Shown in pieces: positions 58,705 through 64,000 of a stretch of DNA of 64,000 bases (within the stretch, counting starts at the first letter, position 1; each line of letters opens with the position of its first letter). This DNA is from Roseibacillus sp. (GTDB taxonomy: Bacteria > Verrucomicrobiota > Verrucomicrobiia > Verrucomicrobiales > Akkermansiaceae): assembly GCA_051251855.1 (NCBI GenBank), contig JBPOGI010000005.1:96001-160000 (forward strand). The letters are read 5' to 3'. The position numbers and the translations under genes were made by a program. The notes under the pieces were generated by a model. It ran no database searches. It was not told where the DNA came from and saw only the letters and a list, made by a program, of their open reading frames with translations.

Positions 58705-59442
58705 CTAGAGTTCCTTCAGGTAGAGATTTTTCCAGAGGATGTCGCCGGATTTGCCGCTATGGACTTGGAGGGCGATGAAGCCCTTGAGGGTGGTGTGTTC
58801 TTCGTCGGTGTCGGTGAAGTTGGCACGTTGCTCACCATTGAGCCAGGTCTGGAGTTGGTTGCCTTGGCATTTGATGACGATGGTGTTCCAGCCGTCCCAC
58901 TTGAAGAGTTTTTCGCCTTGGGCGGTAAAGGCGGCCTTTTCGTCGTCGGTAGCGTTCTTGGCAGGATCGAGCCAGCCGCGACGAGCTTCGTCAAAGATGC
59001 CGGCGGTCCAAGAGCGTTGCACGGCTTTGAAGTTATCGTGCTCGCACTGGTAACCGGTGACGCGGCCATCGGGGTCCTTTTCGGTGGGTTCCTTGTGAAG
59101 TCCGCGGAACATGCAGCCGGAGTTGCCGGTCTTGTCGTTGAATTTGAATTGGAAGGCGAAGATGAAGTCGCCGAATTCGTCTTCGGTGCGGAGGAAGGTG
59201 TTGCCTTTGACGTCTTTGCCAAAGCCTCGGATGGAGTCGCCTTTGGGCTCATACTCGGCGGTGCCACCGGTCTTGCGCCAACCGGTGAGGTCCTTGCCGT
59301 TGAAGAGATTTTTGAAGCCATCTTTCTCAAGAGCGGCGGTGTCGACTGCGGAAGGAAGGCCGGCTGGCAGTACGGGAGCTTCTTTGTGGTGGTCGGCGAT
59401 GGCGGGAGCTGCGAGAAGCAGCGTGAGGAGGAGTGATTTCAT
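58705..59442 (-). CDS. DUF1080 (3-keto-disaccharide hydrolase family) protein
   Basis: LFNGKDLTGW, NSG..FR, WN...I...G....WLNG, GFIALQVH, WKNL.LKEL. Confidence 0.9.
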   Translation of the reverse strand: MKSLLLTLLLAAPAIADHHKEAPVLPAGLPSAVDTAALEKDGFKNLFNGKDLTGWRKTGGTAEYEPKGDSIRGFGKDVKGNTFLRTEDEFGDFIFAFQFKFNDKTGNSGCMFRGLHKEPTEKDPDGRVTGYQCEHDNFKAVQRSWTAGIFDEARRGWLDPAKNATDDEKAAFTAQGEKLFKWDGWNTIVIKCQGNQLQTWLNGEQRANFTDTDEEHTTLKGFIALQVHSGKSGDILWKNLYLKEL

Positions 59443-60332
59443 TTTTTTGGTAGGAAGAAGCCTTTCTGTTTGTCGGAGATGGTCAAGCCCAGCTTTTCCA
59501 TCACTACGAGCATGTCTTCCCAGATTTTACGTTTTTCTGAGAGGGCGTCCTTGTCTTCGAGGAGAAGAAAGGAGGGGTGATGGCTGATGCGGACGGGAAC
59601 ATTGGCAGCTTCTTGCCAGTTTGAACGTAGCTCATCGAAACTTTCTTCACTTTCGAGAAGTCCATGAGCGGCGGCAGCTCCGAGGGCGATGATGACTTTG
59701 GGTCGCACAATTTCGATTTCGGCGAGAACGAAGGGGCGGGAGAGTTTGATCTCCTCGGGGCGGGCTGGGCGGTTGTTTCGCGTTTGGCCGGGTAGCGCGG
59801 GGCGAAATTTACAGAGGTTGGTGAGGTAGACCTGCTCGCGGGAGAGGCCCATGGCCTTGAGGATGGCGTCGAGTTTTTCGCCTGCGGGACCGGCGAATGG
59901 TTCGCGCTTTTGTTCGTCTTGGAAGCCGGGGGCATCGCCGATGAGCATGAGGTCGGCAGTGGGTTTGCTTTGGGAAAAGACGAGGGTCTTGCGAAAAGAG
60001 CCGAGGTCGCGGAAGGAGGGCCAGTGCTCGGCGAGGTCGCGCAGGTTGGCGAGTTTTTCCTCGGGAGTGTCGCCTTGAGGAGTGGGTTTGGGGATGTTGA
60101 GAGGAGCCTTGCGTTCGTCGCCATAGGCGGGACGAGGAATCATGGTCGTGCGTTGCGGAGCGGCAGCACTTGCGCTAGCTGGGGCAGTTTGCAGGGCTGC
60201 TTTTGAGACGGCTTTGTCTCCGAAGGTGATTTCTCCTTTGTAGATTTTACGCAGCACTTCGCGGGCCTCGGGTGTGACCGCGAGGTGGGTCTCGCCTTTG
60301 GCGAGGAGTTGGCGCAGATAGGGGAGAAGCAT
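59439..60332 (-). CDS. Uracil-DNA glycosylase, family 4-like
   Basis: LIGDAPG..DE...PF.G.AG..L, YLTN..K.RP, IIALG, HPSFLL. Confidence 0.88.
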   Translation of the reverse strand: MLLPYLRQLLAKGETHLAVTPEAREVLRKIYKGEITFGDKAVSKAALQTAPASASAAAPQRTTMIPRPAYGDERKAPLNIPKPTPQGDTPEEKLANLRDLAEHWPSFRDLGSFRKTLVFSQSKPTADLMLIGDAPGFQDEQKREPFAGPAGEKLDAILKAMGLSREQVYLTNLCKFRPALPGQTRNNRPARPEEIKLSRPFVLAEIEIVRPKVIIALGAAAAHGLLESEESFDELRSNWQEAANVPVRISHHPSFLLLEDKDALSEKRKIWEDMLVVMEKLGLTISDKQKGFFLPKK

Positions 60333-60476
60333 CTGGAAGGAAGAGTCGAGGATTGCGAGACCTTCGTCAAGGATGGGGCCCCCACATGTGGGGAAGACTG
60401 TCTATTTAGGGCCTTGTTTCAAAATAAGATTATTGAGAAAATCAGGCTCGACTTACAATCGAGGAACAACAACAAA

Positions 60477-61211
60477 ATGAACAATCAAAATCAGGGGCTT
60501 TCCGTGCCTTTTTTCGGAGCTTTGGTGGGGGTAAGCCTTTCACTATCGGCATCAGTTTCGGCTCAACTTCAAGGCCTTGACGTGCTGAACACGACAAACG
60601 GATCCTTTTCGGTGAGTGAGATGCAGTTCGGGGACGATGTCCTCTATTTCATCGATATCTTAAATGGGGGTTCTCTCGGAGGAGTGATTTTTTCATTCGA
60701 TGGCGGCGAAGGAGAGACAGATCCTCGTGGTGGCCTTGGTGGATTGGATGAACGCGAACCGATTGAGGAAGGACCGTTCGATGAAGGTCCCGGGAGTGAA
60801 GGATTCGTTTCCTTTTCAGGTGAATCGGTGTTTGCTCCTTGGGGGGTATCGTTCATGAGTGAGGAGAGTTGGAACGAGGGGGTGAACATTCAAATGGGCG
60901 GAGGAGTTCACTCGACGCTGGACCTTGGTTCATTTGGTTCTTTGTTTGGCTTGGATGATAATTATGCGGTCCTCTATTCTGATGTGTTGGGAGGTAACGC
61001 GATGACTGAGTTGAACGATGTTGATGGCTTGAACGCCGGCAATTTTGAGGAATACGCTCCTCATTTTGTGAGATATACGGGTGAGATCGCGACCAACGGG
61101 CTCTTTTTTGACGGCAATGGGGTGGTGATTGGTTCGACTGTGCCTGAGCCGACTTCCGCTCTGTTGGTGGCGTTGGGTTCTTTGGTTTTGCTAGGTCGGC
61201 GACGGAGCTAG
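60477..61211 (+). CDS. PEP-CTERM sorting domain protein
   Basis: Signal peptide from ATG 60477; VPEPTSALLVALGSLVLLGRRRS. Confidence 0.88.
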   Translation: MNNQNQGLSVPFFGALVGVSLSLSASVSAQLQGLDVLNTTNGSFSVSEMQFGDDVLYFIDILNGGSLGGVIFSFDGGEGETDPRGGLGGLDEREPIEEGPFDEGPGSEGFVSFSGESVFAPWGVSFMSEESWNEGVNIQMGGGVHSTLDLGSFGSLFGLDDNYAVLYSDVLGGNAMTELNDVDGLNAGNFEEYAPHFVRYTGEIATNGLFFDGNGVVIGSTVPEPTSALLVALGSLVLLGRRRS

Positions 61212-62299
61212 GATTTTCGGATCGGCAATAGCAGGCGGGAGAACCCGTGTGCGAGCACGACTCCCAGAAAAAGAACATTGCGAAGTAGCAGGAGGGGATG
61301 GAAGGGAAGTCGAATGGAGCAGGGATGAAACTCTGCGGTCGCCTTCGCTAAGGTCTCGAATTGGTAAACTTTCACGGGGAATTCTAGGATGGGAGTCATC
61401 CATTTTTTAGGAAAGGAATCGGGGCCATGGAGAGTGCCGCAAAGGGCACCCAAAATGGCTCCGGTAGTGTCGGTGTCTCCGCCTGCCTCCCAGATGGCTG
61501 GGAGTGCTTGCTCGGGTTTCCAATGATTTTTCATGCCACAGTGGAGGATGGCTGCTAGAGTGTGGTAGCAGTAGCCGGAGACCCCTTTCTGCGGTATTCC
61601 TCCGATGGCTTTGAGGAGGTTGTCCAGGGTTCCTTCGTTTTCGAGGTTGGCGCGAACTTCTTCTAGCAATGTTCGGAAGGAGGAGTTGGAATCGGGAAAG
61701 ATGATGGTCGACCAAATTTCGTCGGGTGTTGGAGCTTCTCTTCTGTTAGAAAAGAGGGCGGCGAGTTCGACGACAGCTCGCGAGCAGGATTCCGCTTTGG
61801 GGTCGGTATGGGTAAGGCGGGTTTGGATGCGGTTGAATTCTTGGCGTTTGTCCGGTTCATCGTGAAAGACGACACCGAGTAAAGCAGCGCGCATGCAGGG
61901 GCCATTGCCTGCGGACAAGACACCTGACTTCTCAGGAGAGGCTCCAAACCAGAGTTTGATGATTGCGCGGGCGGTGGCTAATCCGACTCCTGCGGGTAGA
62001 AAGAGAAACCAGTGCTTGAGACCGCGAGCTAGGAGGCGTTGAAATTTGATAGGGTCGCCGCCGGAATGGTTGAGAGCTTGGGCGAGAATGAGGGTGTGTT
62101 CGGTATCGTCGCTCCACAATCCTTTGGCAAACAAGAGGTGGTGCTGCCAGTCGGGAGCCCAGCCTCGTTTAGCAATGGAGGCGGGTGAGAGCCCCTCTGC
62201 AGGAAGACCGACGGAGTCGCCAATGGCGGTGCCGATGAGGAGTCCGTGGATTCGGATTGCAGTCTCAAGTTGAGGGGAAGATCTGATGTCCTTGCTCAT
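61208..62299 (-). CDS. ADP-ribosylglycohydrolase (ARH/DraG family)
   Basis: GTAIGDSVG, WSDDTEH, SAGNGPCMR, THTDP, GGDTDTTGAILGAL. Confidence 0.93.
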   Translation of the reverse strand: MSKDIRSSPQLETAIRIHGLLIGTAIGDSVGLPAEGLSPASIAKRGWAPDWQHHLLFAKGLWSDDTEHTLILAQALNHSGGDPIKFQRLLARGLKHWFLFLPAGVGLATARAIIKLWFGASPEKSGVLSAGNGPCMRAALLGVVFHDEPDKRQEFNRIQTRLTHTDPKAESCSRAVVELAALFSNRREAPTPDEIWSTIIFPDSNSSFRTLLEEVRANLENEGTLDNLLKAIGGIPQKGVSGYCYHTLAAILHCGMKNHWKPEQALPAIWEAGGDTDTTGAILGALCGTLHGPDSFPKKWMTPILEFPVKVYQFETLAKATAEFHPCSIRLPFHPLLLLRNVLFLGVVLAHGFSRLLLPIRKS

Positions 62300-63498
62300 A
62301 CTGCTTCGTGAAGGTGGAGGGGGGCTTCGTTTGTGCCGTTTTCGAGGCGGATGAGTTTATCGGGGTTGCGCTCTTGGGCGACGAGGATGGCGGTGAGGTC
62401 GGCGTTGGCGGTTTGGAGGTAGGTCCACTCTTGGGCGCGGAGTTCTAGCAGTTGCTTGCGATGGGTCTCTTCGGTGGCTTGGCGTTGTTTGAGGAGTTGG
62501 AGTTCGAGTTCTTCTTCTGCTTGGCGGGTGGCGAGGGTGGCGTTACGGTTTTCCTCTTTTTGCTTCAATTCGTGTTCGAGGGTGCGCTCTTGTTCGGCGC
62601 GATTGAGGAGGGCGCGTTCGTGTTCGTGGGTTTGTTGGAAGTCGGCGATTTCCTGACGGCGTTCTTCGGTCTCGGCTTCGAGGACGAGGGCGGTGCGGGT
62701 TTCGATGGCGTGGTCGTGCATTTGCTGGAGTTTGTTGGGGGCGAGGTAGCCGCGGTAGACGACTTTGGTGACGTCGTAACCGATGCGTTCGGCACCGCGT
62801 TGGAGTTCGCGGTAGGTGGTCATTTCGTTGAGGATGGCGGCTTCGGTTTTGAAGTCTTCGAACTTGCGTTTGCCGGCGAAGCGGATGATGTCGGCGGTAA
62901 GTGCATTGATGAAGTCGGCGATGGGGTCGTGGGTTTGGGCGAGCATGCGCTCGATGTCTTGGAGCTCAAAGAAGAGCATCACGCGCACGGTGATGAGGGC
63001 TTCGTCTGCGGTGCGAACGCCTTCGACATCGAAATACATTTGGTCGGGGATAATGCGCAGTTTGGTGAAAGTGAGGGCGCGGGGAATTTTTTGGCCTTTG
63101 CCGTTGTCTCCGTGCCAGCGGAACTGGTGCAGCCATTCGTTGGGTTGGGGGACGTAGACGGCGGGGCCGGGTAGAATGCGGTGGGTGACTTCGCGCTCGA
63201 CCTCGCGGTAGATGACGACGGCTTGGTTGGCGTCAAGGTTGATGGCTCGCTTGACTTGGACGGTCTGGTGAAGGAGAGGATCCATCCAGAGGTCAATGGG
63301 GCCGGCAAGGTGTTCGGTGGTGCCGTCGTGGTTGGCGACGATGAGGTATTCGCCATCGCGAGCGATGAAGCGTTGTAGGTATTCTGCGCGTTCGTTGAGG
63401 GTGAAGAGGACTTTGGGTCCTACGACGATGCGGCGGGTTCCGTTGCGGTGCCAGAGGGCGGCGGCTTGACCGTCTTGGATGGTGGTAGGGAGGATCAT
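62296..63498 (-). CDS. Major vault protein-like / SPFH (band 7) domain protein with coiled-coil tail
   Basis: ATG 63498, 400 aa; three beta repeats ending in GP; SPFH/shoulder-like DVEGVRTADEALITV...DPIADFINAL...FEDFK; long E/Q/R-rich helix. Confidence 0.75.
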   Translation of the reverse strand: MILPTTIQDGQAAALWHRNGTRRIVVGPKVLFTLNERAEYLQRFIARDGEYLIVANHDGTTEHLAGPIDLWMDPLLHQTVQVKRAINLDANQAVVIYREVEREVTHRILPGPAVYVPQPNEWLHQFRWHGDNGKGQKIPRALTFTKLRIIPDQMYFDVEGVRTADEALITVRVMLFFELQDIERMLAQTHDPIADFINALTADIIRFAGKRKFEDFKTEAAILNEMTTYRELQRGAERIGYDVTKVVYRGYLAPNKLQQMHDHAIETRTALVLEAETEERRQEIADFQQTHEHERALLNRAEQERTLEHELKQKEENRNATLATRQAEEELELQLLKQRQATEETHRKQLLELRAQEWTYLQTANADLTAILVAQERNPDKLIRLENGTNEAPLHLHEAV

Positions 63499-63529
63499 GG
63501 TTCTGGTCTTTCTGGTTTGAGGTTGGAGT

Positions 63530-63558
63530 TTTATAAGTGTAAAAAATACACAAGTCAA
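63530..63558 (-). promoter_or_regulatory. sigma70 promoter TTGACT-N17-TATAAA
   Basis: Minus strand ttgact-tgtgtattttttacact-tataaa; the -10 ends 32 bp upstream of ATG 63498. Confidence 0.8.
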
Positions 63559-63580
63559 GGTGAAGGTGTCACTTTTACAC
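63537..63580. promoter_or_regulatory. Two palindromic GTGT-N7-ACAC operators (NrtR-like)
   Basis: GTGT-AAAAAAT-ACAC (63537-63551) and GTGT-CACTTTT-ACAC (63566-63580). Confidence 0.65.
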
Positions 63581-63779
63581 TTTGGGTGGGTGTGGGGGTG
63601 GGCAGAGTCGCTGAGGTTGCAGAGTTGACGGACCGGTGGGGAAAGAGAGTTTTCTTGGGGGGAGGTCCCTTTTTGGGGGAGCGAGTGGCCGAGACCGATT
63701 GGAAAGGTGGGTGACCTTTCAATGGCGAATTTGGGCGCGGTAGGGCCGCCGACGCCCTACCGGGAGGGGGAAGGGTTTG

Positions 63780-64000
63780 CTATGCGCTGAGCTTTTGAAG
63801 CTGTTGCTCGCGCCAGATTGAGGGGGAACAGCCGTTTATTTTGGCAAAGGAGCGGTTGAACTGGGAGAGGGATTGGAAGCCGACTTGGAAGGCGATCTCG
63901 GAGACGCGGGTGGAGGGCCGGAGGAGTTCTTTACGCGCCCAGGCGATGCGGGCGCGGGTGACGTAGTCGGTGAGGGTGAGGCCAGTGATTTCTTTGAAAA
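63780..64000 (-). CDS. AraC family transcriptional regulator, C-terminal part (5' end outside the window)
   Basis: FKEITGLTLTDYVTRARIAWARKELL...VSEIAFQVGFQSLSQFNRSF...SP; stop at 63780. Confidence 0.9.
   Translation of the reverse strand, partial: FKEITGLTLTDYVTRARIAWARKELLRPSTRVSEIAFQVGFQSLSQFNRSFAKINGCSPSIWREQQLQKLSA

Overview
Bacterial chromosomal window, most likely Verrucomicrobiota (inferred from PEP-CTERM proteins, a LamG/LTD/CotH protein, an ECF-Ser/Thr kinase pair, DUF1080 and fused ccoNO). The left ~35 kb is accessory. It holds secreted multidomain proteins, an archaeal-type glucose dehydrogenase plus lactonase pair, dps, a stack of HUH Y1 (RAYT/TIRYT-like) transposase copies, an IS66 remnant and a defence cluster (nuclease plus adenine MTase, DUF2971-like, Abi/HEPN). 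The transposase ends carry unusual junction-spanning CAACTACGAC micro-arrays. The right ~29 kb is mostly core: nrdAB (class Ic-like R2, with a four-helix-bundle insert between the genes), glutamate dehydrogenase, cbb3 oxidase, FKBP, ftsY and UDG. Near the right end is the most striking candidate system: a compact major-vault-protein-like gene translationally coupled to an ADP-ribosylglycohydrolase, under a near-consensus sigma70 promoter with two NrtR-like GTGT-N7-ACAC operators. No rRNA, tRNA or CRISPR array was recognised. All family assignments are by eye from motifs; no searches were run.
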